DNA from: an uncultured virus (IMG/VR IMGVR_UViG_3300042356_001581) | Taxonomy: Duplodnaviria > Heunggongvirae > Uroviricota > Caudoviricetes | Virus record (IMG/VR): IMGVR_UViG_3300042356_001581 | DNA: 64,000 nt | Strand: one strand, 5' to 3' | Part shown: positions 28,641 to 40,939 of the stretch, one piece after another | Position numbering within the stretch: the stretch's first letter is position 1 | Layout of the letters: each line of letters begins with the position of its first letter | Translations under genes and position numbers: made by a program | Notes under the pieces: generated by a model | Databases searched by the model: none | The model's input: the letters and a program-made list of their open reading frames with translations, nothing else | What the model was told of the DNA's origin: nothing

Positions 28641-30049
28641 TTATAGTGGAATTGCATTATTTAATGCGTAACTTGCCTCTGCTTGTTCTATAATAAGTTT
28701 AGCAGTCTCTCTCTCTTCATCGGTAGCAGTACCTAATAATAATAAAGGAGTTACATCTTTAACATCACAAGTATCATAAAAAGACTTAAATTCACTTGCC
28801 AACTCTTGCTCTAAAACCTCTTTTTGTTGTTGCGAAAACAATGTTAAAAATGACTTAACAACTTCGCTTAATTTTTTAGGTCTTGGTATCTTATTTGGAG
28901 TTTCTTCTCGATTTACAAGAAAAGCGATAAACGTATCTCTTGATACAATCATCAAACGTGTAGAAACAAAGGCAATACCTGTTAATTTCTTCTCTACAAT
29001 TTTCATCCGTAATTGAGATAAAAAGTTAAATGCAAAAGTCATATCCACTAAAGTTCCGTCAGGGAAACTTTTTGAAGATATTTTTGTCATTATGTCTTCA
29101 TATTCAAATTTGTAATTATAGGTAATTCTATAACAACTTCCTGCAAAACGGTCTTGTAAAGATAAATCTTGTTTAAAGTTCGCTTCGTAGTCTTTATTTG
29201 CCTCGTTTAACAATGAGTTACCAGTTGCAATGATGAAAATTTTAGCCCTCGAAATTCTTTGCCCTTTACCATTTGAAATTGTAGGTTGAACTTCTATTTT
29301 TGTTCCGTTAGACAATTCAACAATATCAACGGCATCTTTTATCTTTGCTAAACCGTCATTCAACAAACCTGCTGTGTTAGGGTCTATTTTAGGCAACTCA
29401 TCTAAAAGAAGTAAAGCACCCTCGTAAGGTTGGTTTTTAGCATTTAATCCTAAATCAATGTTGCCCCAAGCTTCGGTAAGCCTACCCTCTTGATAACCGT
29501 CAATAGTTTGTCCGCCCAAAATATCTAATGGAGAAGTGTATTGGTTACAGTTTAAAGTAATTAGTTTATAATTGATTCTTTTGGCAATAATTCCTGCTAT
29601 AAAAGTTTTTCCAGTTCCCGCCTCTCCGTATAAATAAACGTTATTTTGAGCTTCATAATCAGACAGCAAGACATCAATTAATCTTCGGTCTTGACCTGTT
29701 TTACCGCTAAAAGTTTTTACATTATTAACCTTTACCTCAACAGTTTTAGTTTCACCTATTAATTTTTTAAGTTCAGGAGAAAGATTACTTTCGTTAATCT
29801 TCATCTTTTTTAACCTTTCGTTAATTGCGTTGTCTATTTCTCTGTTTGACAAACTAGCATTACTATTGTAAACCTTATCAATCAAACTATTAATAGACTG
29901 AACAACTCCAGAAAAGTCTTTGTCAACATCAACTTTTTTACGTTCTTTAATTCGGTCTAATTTTTCTTGTGCTATTTTAGCAATTGGAGAATCGGCTGGG
30001 TTATTTGCAATAATCCTTTCATATTTCTCGATTTCAGTTGTATTATCCA

Positions 30050-30050
<1 letters not shown>
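28641..30050 (-). CDS. MoxR/CobS-like AAA+ ATPase
   Basis: VYLYGEAGTGKT, LLLLDE, IIATGN, DLSLQDRF. Confidence 0.85.
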
Positions 30051-31750
<1,700 letters not shown>

Positions 31751-31758
31751 TTTTTTTA

Positions 31759-34700
31759 TTAATTAACTTTTCCACCTTGTTCAAATCTCCAATCGTCTAA
31801 AGACGAATCAAATAACATCGCATCTACTAATTTAACTTGATTTGAGTTAAACACGGCAGTTGCTTTAGTTATATTTTCTTCCATTTCTCCAGTAATCTCA
31901 CTAATAATCATATCCGATGGGTTGTTTTCATAATAAATAAAACCGTCATAGTCTGTATTATCTCTAATATGCTTATTTAATTCAGGAAATTGTCTGATTA
32001 TATACCAAGCTCTAAAATTTCTACCAATTAACTGATTATTCATAATAGCCATAGCCGTATTTGGTGGCAACACGTCATATATTTTTGCAAGTGGGTAAAC
32101 AGTGTCAATGAACTGAATAATGTCTCTTAAATCGACTTCTTCTACACCAAAAACAGTTAAGTCAATTGGGTTTTTAATATTTACAAAACATTGCGTCAAA
32201 TAATCTCCTTGCTTTTGATAAGGACTGTCTGTTGCGCTAAACCATTCAGCATAACTTCTGTTTTCAGCCAAATAAACAACACCGTTACTAACTTGTCTGT
32301 ATGAATATTTGATGCGTTTAGCACCGTGAAACATTACAACAGGTTTTCCATTTGCAGTTAACGCTTTGCTGACATAATCATATTCTTTTGTGATTAACGC
32401 TTCTTCCCAATTTCCAAACCAATTTTTAAACTTATCAGTGTAAATAACAGATTCTATTTCTTGTTCAGGGACTTCGTTTATCATTATTTCGCCTATTCCT
32501 GATTCCTTCCAATTTTCGCTTTTTTCCAATCTATCTATAACCTTAGCCAAAATATAATAAGCACCGCCATTTTTCAATTCAGTAATTCTTGTTATCTCTT
32601 TTTGAACCTCATTTATTTTCTTCATCAATTCAATACGCTCATACATAAAAGAACTTTCAGGAGTAAAACTTAATGCAAGAGAATATTCTTCTTTTACCTC
32701 TTTAAACAACTGCAAACTATCTTCGTAATCTGCTGTATTGTATTTTTTAGATGCTTGAGATGCAAAACCCTCTAATGCACTAACTGCTTCTTTGAAATCT
32801 GTAAATTTTTTATCATCAACAGTTTTTGGTACGACAGGTTTTGAAGTAGTATTTGGAGTTCCAAATAATTCATCGACAGTAATTTCTCTATAAGTGTTAT
32901 CACTATCAAATATTTGTCTGTCATAATCTCCATAATATATGTCTTTGTCAGCATTGAAATAAAGAGCAGGTCTATTTGTGAATTTAGTGCTTTTAGGCAT
33001 TGTAAGTCCTTTAAAAGACCAACCAAGTTCAAACGCTCTTTCCTGTATTTGCTTACTAACTTCTTCATCATTTCCTATCCAAATTTTAGTTTGAGATAAA
33101 TCAAATGGTTGAGCCGAACTTGAAGTAGTCGTTTGTGCCTCTTTAAAGAAATCTGACCAATTAAGTTCAGGATACCACTCAATAGATAAATAACCTTTCA
33201 ATTCAGAAATTGAAAGAGTTGATGGTTGTACAGAGTTTTTTGAAGCTCTAATTGTGTCTAAAAGAATATTTAAAGGACTAGATAAAGTCGTCACAAAACC
33301 TTGAGGTTGCAAGATAATACCCATTGTTGACCTACCTCCTGTTTTCCATAATTCAACTATCTTGTCCAAAAGTCTTTGTTCGTTCAAAGCAACATATTGT
33401 TGACCTCCTGCATAAGTAACTAAAACACTTTGCACATCTTTTTTTGAAGAACTTTGAGCAGAAGTTGTTGAAGAAGTGATATTAGGCGTTTGGCTTCCGA
33501 AAATTTCCACTTCGGTTATTTCTCTTTTTGGGCTATTGACAAAACTACTTGCAGTAAAACCGTCAGACATACTTTTCTTTGTAAAATATAAGTAATTTAT
33601 AGTACTATAATCAATAGCCTTACCAATTCCGTTTTCCCATTCCCAACCACTTTCAAAGGCTTTCTTCTGAACCTTTACTGATAAATCAAGGTCTCCTTTA
33701 ACATTTATTTTAGTATCTGTAAAATCAAAAGGCTTATTAGAACTTGAAGTTGAAGAAGATGTAGTTATTACAGCTTTTTTAGCCAACAAAATATCTTGTG
33801 GGTTTATTTCTTTGCTAATATTCGCATCGAAAGCTTCTCTACCGTCTTTTCTATATCCAATAAACTTCATTGAATTAAAAACCAAATACTTCGCATCTGT
33901 ATTTTGTACAGTTTTGCCACCACTCCAACTCCAACCAAGTTCAAAAGCTACTTCTTGAATTGCCTTTGAAAGTCTTTCGTCATCTCCAATCCATACTTTC
34001 GTGTCAGATAAATCTAAAGGCAAATAGCTATAAGTAGGCGTTTGACTTCCAAACAAGTCGTGTTCAAATATTTCTTTGAACTGATTTGATTGAAATCCTG
34101 AAAAATTAACACCAAATGATATGTTTTTTTCTTTATTAAAAAACATAAATCTTTCACCTCTTTTTTTAACTTCTTTTGAACCATTCCAACTCCAACCAAG
34201 TTCAAAAGCCCTTTTCTGAACTTTTTCAGACATTTCAGGGTCGTCAAGTACAATTTTAGTATTAGTTAAATCAAATGGTTGAGCCGAAGTTGAAGTAGGC
34301 GTTTGCGAATTGGTGGTAGATGGTTTTACTTTTGAAAGAAACCAATCTTCCCAATCAAATTTTTGAAAAATTCTTGGTCTTGAGTTAGCTAATGACTTTT
34401 CTAAATTTTTATAATTACCAGTTGTCGGATTAAAGTTTTTTACTGTATTTTTTTGGTCTGCAATATATGTATTTGCATTAACTAATTTATTGTCGTTTTC
34501 ATCGTATGCTTGTATCTCAACAAAACTTCTACGAATTGGCTTTATGTTAACAAATGGTTTATAAGCCTCTTGTACGCTTTCTGCAAACTCTATGTAGCTG
34601 TTGTATTTCAGACCCATTAATTTAACTAACGAAGCACCTGTATTGCTTATTTTTACATAAGCAACCTTTGGCAATCCTACTCCGCCACCTGTACTTAAAA

Positions 34701-36459
34701 CAGAAACAGAATCTCCTTCCAAATTAGCATCGTAAGGTGTTACTCCGCCTTTAGCGTAAGTTTTATTACATATCCAGTTATTTCTTTCGTCTTCGTAATA
34801 ACCGTCATCATCACCATCATCATCTAAATTATTTAAAGATAAATCAGATTTTTTACAATATTGCTTTGAAGCATATTGGTCTAACCAATAAACGTAATTA
34901 TCATCTACATCAAATATAGATTTTCCGTATTTTCCAAAATTGGTAATTAAATCCCCCTCTTTTGGTTCATTTCCTAATTTACCACCATTAGCGAAAATCA
35001 ATCCATTGTCAGCACCAACAATTGAGTCAGCTTGAACGTCCAACAAATCATTGTAGTTGTTTAAATCTCTTGCTGGAGTATCTCCTTTTTTAGAATTTTC
35101 AACTAAATCTTGTTTTTGGATATGTCCGCCCATTTTAAGCCCTGCTTTTGCAAGAATAGAATAGTAGTTAGGGTTTTCTACTAAATGGTCTTTTGCAACC
35201 CTTGTACGCTCTTTAAAATCGGCAAAGTGTTCTTTCTCTACTTCCAACCCTTTTGCAAGTTGTTCGTTGATGTGAGCCAAAGAAACGTTGTGCATTTCAG
35301 CTATTTGCTTTAAGGATTTGTTTTTTGATAAATGACCGCCTTCAGCATAAAGTTTTACTGAACTAAAAGACGGATTAAGATAATTATTGTTTTGGTCGTA
35401 AAAATCAATTTCTTTTATCTTGTAATCATCTTTTTGATTATCATCAAATGTTACTTCAAACAAGTAATCATCATAAACATTAGGTTTATTGCTATTTCCT
35501 ATGCGTTTAACACCTGTTATTTTTCCAAACTGCTTTCTTTCACTATTCGCTCCCTTTAATGTTTTTAAATATTTTTTATCAACATTTTTATCTCCATAAA
35601 TACCACCCTTATAGTGAATTTTTACTTTGCTTCCGACTAACTCGATTGGGTCTTTTTTTATTGTAATGTTACCACCCAACTCAAATTTATTGTTTTTTGT
35701 AAACTTGGCAATTTGTTTTGGGTCTTCAATGTAATAAGTTTTTATAGTTTTCTTGCCTTTTAAGTAGGCATTGTTCATTCTATGATTACCGTCAATCAGA
35801 ACTTCTTCGCCATTTTCCAAGCGAACCATTATTCCGTTTGGTTTTCGGAAATCAGTTTTAACTGTTTCGCTATATTCCTTGTCGTAAATAGGGTACTTCA
35901 TAGCAAAAGTTTCAACTTCTTTAGTTTTTAAACGAAGTTTGCCTTTTTTAATAGCATTGTAAATAGCATCTACATCATAAGTCTTACCACCAGAAGAAAA
36001 TTGTTGTTTACCTTTTTTCAAAGTAGAGTTCATACCTAATGAATGTGCTATATCTGAATCTTGAACCATTTTACCACCATATTCGTATTGCTTATCTGTC
36101 GTATGTATTTTAGCAGGTATGTCGCCACCATCGGCAAAAGACACTCCGCCACCGTCTGAATTTATTTTTGAAAGTATCTCACGGTTAGTCATCATTTTGC
36201 CCTCAAACTCACGTTTTGTTGTATCTGAAACTGCTGGAGCAGTAATAACAATTTCGCCTCCTTGCATTTCTAAAGGCTGACCCGTTGCTTTATTAACTGC
36301 TTTTATGCCACCGTCTTTATGTAGTTTACCAACCAAATAGCCCGACATAGTTCCCTCATCGTGTATAATTGTTTGTCCGTCTTTTTTTCCAATAAAAGCA
36401 CCACCCGCAGGTGTAAACTCTGCTTTTTCTTCGGTTATAAATTCTTCTTTATTTTTCAT
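31759..36459 (-). CDS. Polyvalent protein: ParB-like, DUF5661-like, four internal repeats, C-terminal ART-like domain
   Basis: VLIDGNHR (ParB/Srx); KGLEVEKEH...AKDHLVENPNYY (DUF5661-like); FKNWFGNW...PVVMFHG...YDGFI...NQVK (ART-PolyVal-like); start MKNKEE at 36459. Confidence 0.75.
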   Translation of the reverse strand: MKNKEEFITEEKAEFTPAGGAFIGKKDGQTIIHDEGTMSGYLVGKLHKDGGIKAVNKATGQPLEMQGGEIVITAPAVSDTTKREFEGKMMTNREILSKINSDGGGVSFADGGDIPAKIHTTDKQYEYGGKMVQDSDIAHSLGMNSTLKKGKQQFSSGGKTYDVDAIYNAIKKGKLRLKTKEVETFAMKYPIYDKEYSETVKTDFRKPNGIMVRLENGEEVLIDGNHRMNNAYLKGKKTIKTYYIEDPKQIAKFTKNNKFELGGNITIKKDPIELVGSKVKIHYKGGIYGDKNVDKKYLKTLKGANSERKQFGKITGVKRIGNSNKPNVYDDYLFEVTFDDNQKDDYKIKEIDFYDQNNNYLNPSFSSVKLYAEGGHLSKNKSLKQIAEMHNVSLAHINEQLAKGLEVEKEHFADFKERTRVAKDHLVENPNYYSILAKAGLKMGGHIQKQDLVENSKKGDTPARDLNNYNDLLDVQADSIVGADNGLIFANGGKLGNEPKEGDLITNFGKYGKSIFDVDDNYVYWLDQYASKQYCKKSDLSLNNLDDDGDDDGYYEDERNNWICNKTYAKGGVTPYDANLEGDSVSVLSTGGGVGLPKVAYVKISNTGASLVKLMGLKYNSYIEFAESVQEAYKPFVNIKPIRRSFVEIQAYDENDNKLVNANTYIADQKNTVKNFNPTTGNYKNLEKSLANSRPRIFQKFDWEDWFLSKVKPSTTNSQTPTSTSAQPFDLTNTKIVLDDPEMSEKVQKRAFELGWSWNGSKEVKKRGERFMFFNKEKNISFGVNFSGFQSNQFKEIFEHDLFGSQTPTYSYLPLDLSDTKVWIGDDERLSKAIQEVAFELGWSWSGGKTVQNTDAKYLVFNSMKFIGYRKDGREAFDANISKEINPQDILLAKKAVITTSSSTSSSNKPFDFTDTKINVKGDLDLSVKVQKKAFESGWEWENGIGKAIDYSTINYLYFTKKSMSDGFTASSFVNSPKREITEVEIFGSQTPNITSSTTSAQSSSKKDVQSVLVTYAGGQQYVALNEQRLLDKIVELWKTGGRSTMGIILQPQGFVTTLSSPLNILLDTIRASKNSVQPSTLSISELKGYLSIEWYPELNWSDFFKEAQTTTSSSAQPFDLSQTKIWIGNDEEVSKQIQERAFELGWSFKGLTMPKSTKFTNRPALYFNADKDIYYGDYDRQIFDSDNTYREITVDELFGTPNTTSKPVVPKTVDDKKFTDFKEAVSALEGFASQASKKYNTADYEDSLQLFKEVKEEYSLALSFTPESSFMYERIELMKKINEVQKEITRITELKNGGAYYILAKVIDRLEKSENWKESGIGEIMINEVPEQEIESVIYTDKFKNWFGNWEEALITKEYDYVSKALTANGKPVVMFHGAKRIKYSYRQVSNGVVYLAENRSYAEWFSATDSPYQKQGDYLTQCFVNIKNPIDLTVFGVEEVDLRDIIQFIDTVYPLAKIYDVLPPNTAMAIMNNQLIGRNFRAWYIIRQFPELNKHIRDNTDYDGFIYYENNPSDMIISEITGEMEENITKATAVFNSNQVKLVDAMLFDSSLDDWRFEQGGKVN

Positions 36460-36464
36460 TTTTT

Positions 36465-37019
36465 TTACAATAAATGTTTCCAAGCCTTTTCCAACAAAAT
36501 TAGGCTAATTAATGACATATCTACGTTATATATTTTCCCAACTTCTTTTAATGTTTTTGTTCTTCCAATTGCTCTTATTTCTAAAACTTCTTTTTCAGTA
36601 AGTTTTGAATTTGTGTGTGATGAACCTTTTATTGAAATTTTAAGATTATTATTTAAAGCGTGAATTACATTTTCAGAACCCGTAGCCCATTCTAAATTTT
36701 CAACGCAATTATCATCTTTTATTCCGTTCTTATGATTAACTTGAGGTTTATTTAAAGAGTTTTCTAAAAATTCATTAGCAACTAATCTATGAACTATCAC
36801 GCTTTTTTCACTACAAATATCATCTGATTTTTTACAGAGTTTCAAAGTTAAGTAACCTTTTATATTTTTAGTTGGTTTTAAAAATTTTTCTTTTTTATTT
36901 CCAAAAATACCCTTCCTAATTTCCACGACCCTTGCCAAAGATTTAACCCTACCTAAGTCAGAAACTTGATAATATCCTTCGTAACCTTTAATATCTTTCC
37001 AAACTTCAACTTTCTCCAT
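36465..37019 (-). CDS. NUMOD4-HNH homing endonuclease
   Basis: EVWKDIKGYEGYYQVSDLGRVKS (NUMOD4); VHRLVA..F...QVNHKNGIKDDN.VENLEW (HNH). Confidence 0.9.
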   Translation of the reverse strand: MEKVEVWKDIKGYEGYYQVSDLGRVKSLARVVEIRKGIFGNKKEKFLKPTKNIKGYLTLKLCKKSDDICSEKSVIVHRLVANEFLENSLNKPQVNHKNGIKDDNCVENLEWATGSENVIHALNNNLKISIKGSSHTNSKLTEKEVLEIRAIGRTKTLKEVGKIYNVDMSLISLILLEKAWKHLL

Positions 37020-37023
37020 ATTC

Positions 37024-40000
37024 TTATTTTCCTAAAAACATTTTTAAATAATCAGGTGATAAGCCTATACCCGAATTTAATCCTCCGCCTTTCAATAATC
37101 TATTAATTGGGTCAGAGGTGTAAAAACTTGTATTGTCAAAACCGCATTTATGACAAATATACATATCCCATAATTCGGAATCTTTTTTATTCCATTCCCA
37201 ACCACAGTTGATACATCTTATATCTTTTTTCATTTCTCCGCCATTTTTATAATTAGCAACTTTATATCCTAATTCATCAATCAAATCATCATCTTGGTTA
37301 TATTTTCCTGACTTACTTTTACCGTTTACAATTTTATATATAAAGGCATTTAAACGAGCCAATCCCCAAGCCACTCTACTATTTGGCTTACCACCAGAAA
37401 TAGTTGGTCTGTGAGAACTTGAATAAGCCCCCATACCTCTGCGAACAACTGCTTTAGCACTTGCCAAGTTTATTTTTTTATCAGGGTATTCTGCATTATG
37501 CTCCTTAACCTTTTTTTTTATAGACTCAATCGTTTTATCATCAAATTTAATCAATTTTGCGCTTGATAGATTTTTTGAAGAACTTTTTTTGTTTACATCG
37601 CTACCTTGAACTTGGTCTTTTTTTGGAGCAGGTGTTTGTGATATTGTTCTTCCGCCATTTTTAAATTGAATATCAGGATTTCTTTTAAGCCACAATTTTT
37701 GTGCTTCTATTGATATTTTGTCAGGAGATGGCTTTAGTTTTTTACCTATTACATATTCAATATATTCATAAAGATTTGATGCTAAACCTCTTCTTCTGTA
37801 ATCATAATCTAACCTAATGTTGGTTAAGTAGTTCCCTTTTTCATTTAAAGTGGCTCTACCTACTTCGATTCCGTTCGGCAATTCAATTGTAAATACATTT
37901 AGTTCAGGATAAATATTTAACCTTGAAAAATAAAAATTAGCCTCTCCTACATTTTTGTACGCTCGATTTTGATACACTTCTTTTAAATCATCATCTAATT
38001 CTTCAATAACGAAACCTTGTTCGTTTGTTATTCCACCCTTTTCGTATTTTGATTTTTCAGAAACTATTTTTTTTAGTTCTTTTTTGTATTTATCATTTAT
38101 TGCCGAATCCATAGCGTAATAAACATCTTCATTCCAATTTTTCAATGCTGTTGGATTCAGAAAATAGATTGCAAAGTTTTCAGCAAATGTTTCTCCACTA
38201 TGGGTTGTGCCATAATTTGTTGGAGAATAGGCAGGGTTTTTAATAATTCCTGTTAATACGTTTTGAAAGTCGTATATATGTCCAATCTCGTGTAAAAAAT
38301 AATACAAATCTGCTTCTTTCGTGTAAACAATTGTATCGCCAAACGCTCGTGCTATATCTCCACTACCCGTTCCTCTCTCTTTGTATTCAACTTTCTGTAC
38401 TGTAAAATCAAGTTTTTTAGAAGTTTCATTCCAATTTTCATCTGTCATTTCTTCGGAACGACCCCAATAAGAATCCATTGGAACGAAACCTCTTTTCTTG
38501 CTAATTATTTTTGCATATTGCAACCAATTCCCAAAGTCAAAAAAATCATCTTTACTTTTGATGTCATTTAGTGTTGCGTTATCAATATACTCTTGGTCTT
38601 TATAGATTAAATCAAAATCAATACCGAATTTATCCTTTAAAAGCACTTTGTATTTTTGATATTTTTCTAATTTTGGATTCATTGATATAATATCAATTAA
38701 CTGTTGCGCTTCTTCATTTATTTCTCCTCCGCCCTCAAATCTAATGTCATCATTACTTAAATCAAAAGTTGTATTCGTTCCGTCAGCAAGTTTAATTTGG
38801 TTTGAATTATTAACAACGTATAAATTATCTTTTCTTGTTCCAAATATTATTATACCATCAAGCATTTCATCAATAAATAATGCTCTAATGTAATCTCCTC
38901 TATTAATATCATAATTATCAGCAGGTGCATAATAATCACTATTTGTTTTTCTAATTAAAGGATTTTTTGTGTTTAAAAAACATTCGTAAACAAAACCTTT
39001 GCCTTTAAGTTCAGAATGTAATTTAGCATAGTTTTCAGCAGATTGTTTTCTTTGAGTAAAGAAAAAACCACCTTGCTCACTTTGAACATAATTTAAACCT
39101 ATTTTTTCTCTATCAAATTCATAAAAATTAAAAGAACTTCCGTGATAGACAACCAAAGGCTCTCCGTTATCATCAATAACTTTACTAGCATTATCAGGGT
39201 CATTTATCCAATCCCCAAACCAATTGATAAAGGCAGAACTTCTGACCAATTTGTATTGCTCGGCATTTAGGTTGCTTGGTTTTCCGTTAGGCGCAATTAG
39301 ACCACCGTTTTTAAACTCAATATCAAATATTGTATCATAAGGTAAAGAATATTTTGTCCAATTTTCCGAATCTTTTCTATCATCAAAAGGGTCGCCATAA
39401 AAATTATAATGTTTTCTTATATCTTTTTTTGCGGTATCAGTTGCCATTTTATTTTGATAATCTTCAGGACTAACTCTTTCCTTTTTCATCTTTCCCCCTT
39501 TCTCAAATCTAATATCAGGATTACTATCATCAAAAGTGGCATTAGTTCCGTCAGCAAGTTTGATTTGAGTGTTTTTTCTAACCATATAAATATTAGAAAC
39601 ATCAAGTATAAATTTACTACCTAATTTACCATTAAAATCAATTACATTTTTAAATATTATACCATCAAAAGACGGTAATACATTTTCGTCAAAAAATGAA
39701 TCAGGGCTATTTTTTTTATCAATAACTTTCCATATATATTGTCCATCCCCATTAATTATATATGGTTTCTGTATTTTTAAAAAAACCTCATAAATTATAT
39801 TGCCATAACTTTCTGATAATCTTTTATTTTCAGTAAAACTACTATAACTGCTATATATACCCTTACCAATATTAAATTTAAAAGTGTTGAAATCACTATT
39901 TGAAGAATGATAAACAACCAAAGGCTCTCCATTTTCATCAATAACCTTACTTGCATTATCAGGGTCTTTCTCCCAATCCCCAAACCATTTTTTAAACGCA

Positions 40001-40935
40001 GGTGTGCGAACCAATTTGTATTGCTCGGCATTTAGGTTGCTTGGTTTTCCGTTAGGTGCTAATAAAACTTCGCCACCTTGCTCAAATCTGATATTATTAT
40101 TTTCAATATCATACTCGCCATTATTAGCTATTGCTGATTTTATTTGATTAGAATTTTTTACCCAAATAGTTTCTCCAACTTCAGAAACGCCATACGCTTC
40201 ATTAATAGCAGAGCCTAAATCCACTATATTCTTAAAAATAGCACCGTCATTTTCTAAGTCCATTAAATCACTTATGTATTCGTTTAAGTGCTTTCCTCCT
40301 TTATAACTTGTAAACTCAACAGTAATAGGAATATTTTTCTTTGCTTTTTTTAATTCCAAAATTTTTATTTTAGCTTCTTTTTCTGTTTTAAACTTAAAAT
40401 GAGTTCCGCCATTTTTTGAGTCTCTAATATGCCATAAATTATCCCAATCTATGAATTGTAGTATTAAATCTTTTGGATTGGTTTCAAAGTCTTTTTTATA
40501 TGTGTATTTATCTGAACCAATTTCTCTAAAATGGTTGTTTTTAGCATCTACAATTAATGGATTTATTAATCTTAAAAAAACAGGTATTATATTTGCGTTT
40601 TTCTCATAAGCAGAACCGCTTTTTATTCTTTCGGGATTTGAAAATCCTACAATAGTATAACTTTCGGCTTGAATGACATTAGAAGTGAAAAAAAAGCCGT
40701 TTCCACTATGACCTTTCCTTTCCGCATCTTCACTAAAATCTTCAAAGTCAGCACTTGTTCCGTGATAGACTACAAGAGGTTCTTTAGTTTCTTCATCAAT
40801 AACTTTACTAGCATTAACAGGGTCGTTTTCCCAATCTCCAAACCATTTTTTAAACGCAGTTGTGCGAACCAATTTGTATTGGGTTGCATTTAGTTTGCTT
40901 GGTTTTCCGTTAGGTGCTAATAACTCGTTTTTCAT
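37024..40935 (-). CDS. Polyvalent protein: 3 ART-like domains, zincin peptidase, GNAT, DUF5824-like domain, Zn ribbon
   Basis: Three APNGKPS.LN..QYKLVR..F..WFGDW...PLVVYH units; HEIGH; YRRRGLASNLY; RRGMGAY..SHRP...WGLARLNAF; CxxC...CxxC; ends PDYLKMFLGK. Confidence 0.8.
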   Translation of the reverse strand: MKNELLAPNGKPSKLNATQYKLVRTTAFKKWFGDWENDPVNASKVIDEETKEPLVVYHGTSADFEDFSEDAERKGHSGNGFFFTSNVIQAESYTIVGFSNPERIKSGSAYEKNANIIPVFLRLINPLIVDAKNNHFREIGSDKYTYKKDFETNPKDLILQFIDWDNLWHIRDSKNGGTHFKFKTEKEAKIKILELKKAKKNIPITVEFTSYKGGKHLNEYISDLMDLENDGAIFKNIVDLGSAINEAYGVSEVGETIWVKNSNQIKSAIANNGEYDIENNNIRFEQGGEVLLAPNGKPSNLNAEQYKLVRTPAFKKWFGDWEKDPDNASKVIDENGEPLVVYHSSNSDFNTFKFNIGKGIYSSYSSFTENKRLSESYGNIIYEVFLKIQKPYIINGDGQYIWKVIDKKNSPDSFFDENVLPSFDGIIFKNVIDFNGKLGSKFILDVSNIYMVRKNTQIKLADGTNATFDDSNPDIRFEKGGKMKKERVSPEDYQNKMATDTAKKDIRKHYNFYGDPFDDRKDSENWTKYSLPYDTIFDIEFKNGGLIAPNGKPSNLNAEQYKLVRSSAFINWFGDWINDPDNASKVIDDNGEPLVVYHGSSFNFYEFDREKIGLNYVQSEQGGFFFTQRKQSAENYAKLHSELKGKGFVYECFLNTKNPLIRKTNSDYYAPADNYDINRGDYIRALFIDEMLDGIIIFGTRKDNLYVVNNSNQIKLADGTNTTFDLSNDDIRFEGGGEINEEAQQLIDIISMNPKLEKYQKYKVLLKDKFGIDFDLIYKDQEYIDNATLNDIKSKDDFFDFGNWLQYAKIISKKRGFVPMDSYWGRSEEMTDENWNETSKKLDFTVQKVEYKERGTGSGDIARAFGDTIVYTKEADLYYFLHEIGHIYDFQNVLTGIIKNPAYSPTNYGTTHSGETFAENFAIYFLNPTALKNWNEDVYYAMDSAINDKYKKELKKIVSEKSKYEKGGITNEQGFVIEELDDDLKEVYQNRAYKNVGEANFYFSRLNIYPELNVFTIELPNGIEVGRATLNEKGNYLTNIRLDYDYRRRGLASNLYEYIEYVIGKKLKPSPDKISIEAQKLWLKRNPDIQFKNGGRTISQTPAPKKDQVQGSDVNKKSSSKNLSSAKLIKFDDKTIESIKKKVKEHNAEYPDKKINLASAKAVVRRGMGAYSSSHRPTISGGKPNSRVAWGLARLNAFIYKIVNGKSKSGKYNQDDDLIDELGYKVANYKNGGEMKKDIRCINCGWEWNKKDSELWDMYICHKCGFDNTSFYTSDPINRLLKGGGLNSGIGLSPDYLKMFLGK

Positions 40936-40939
40936 ATTT

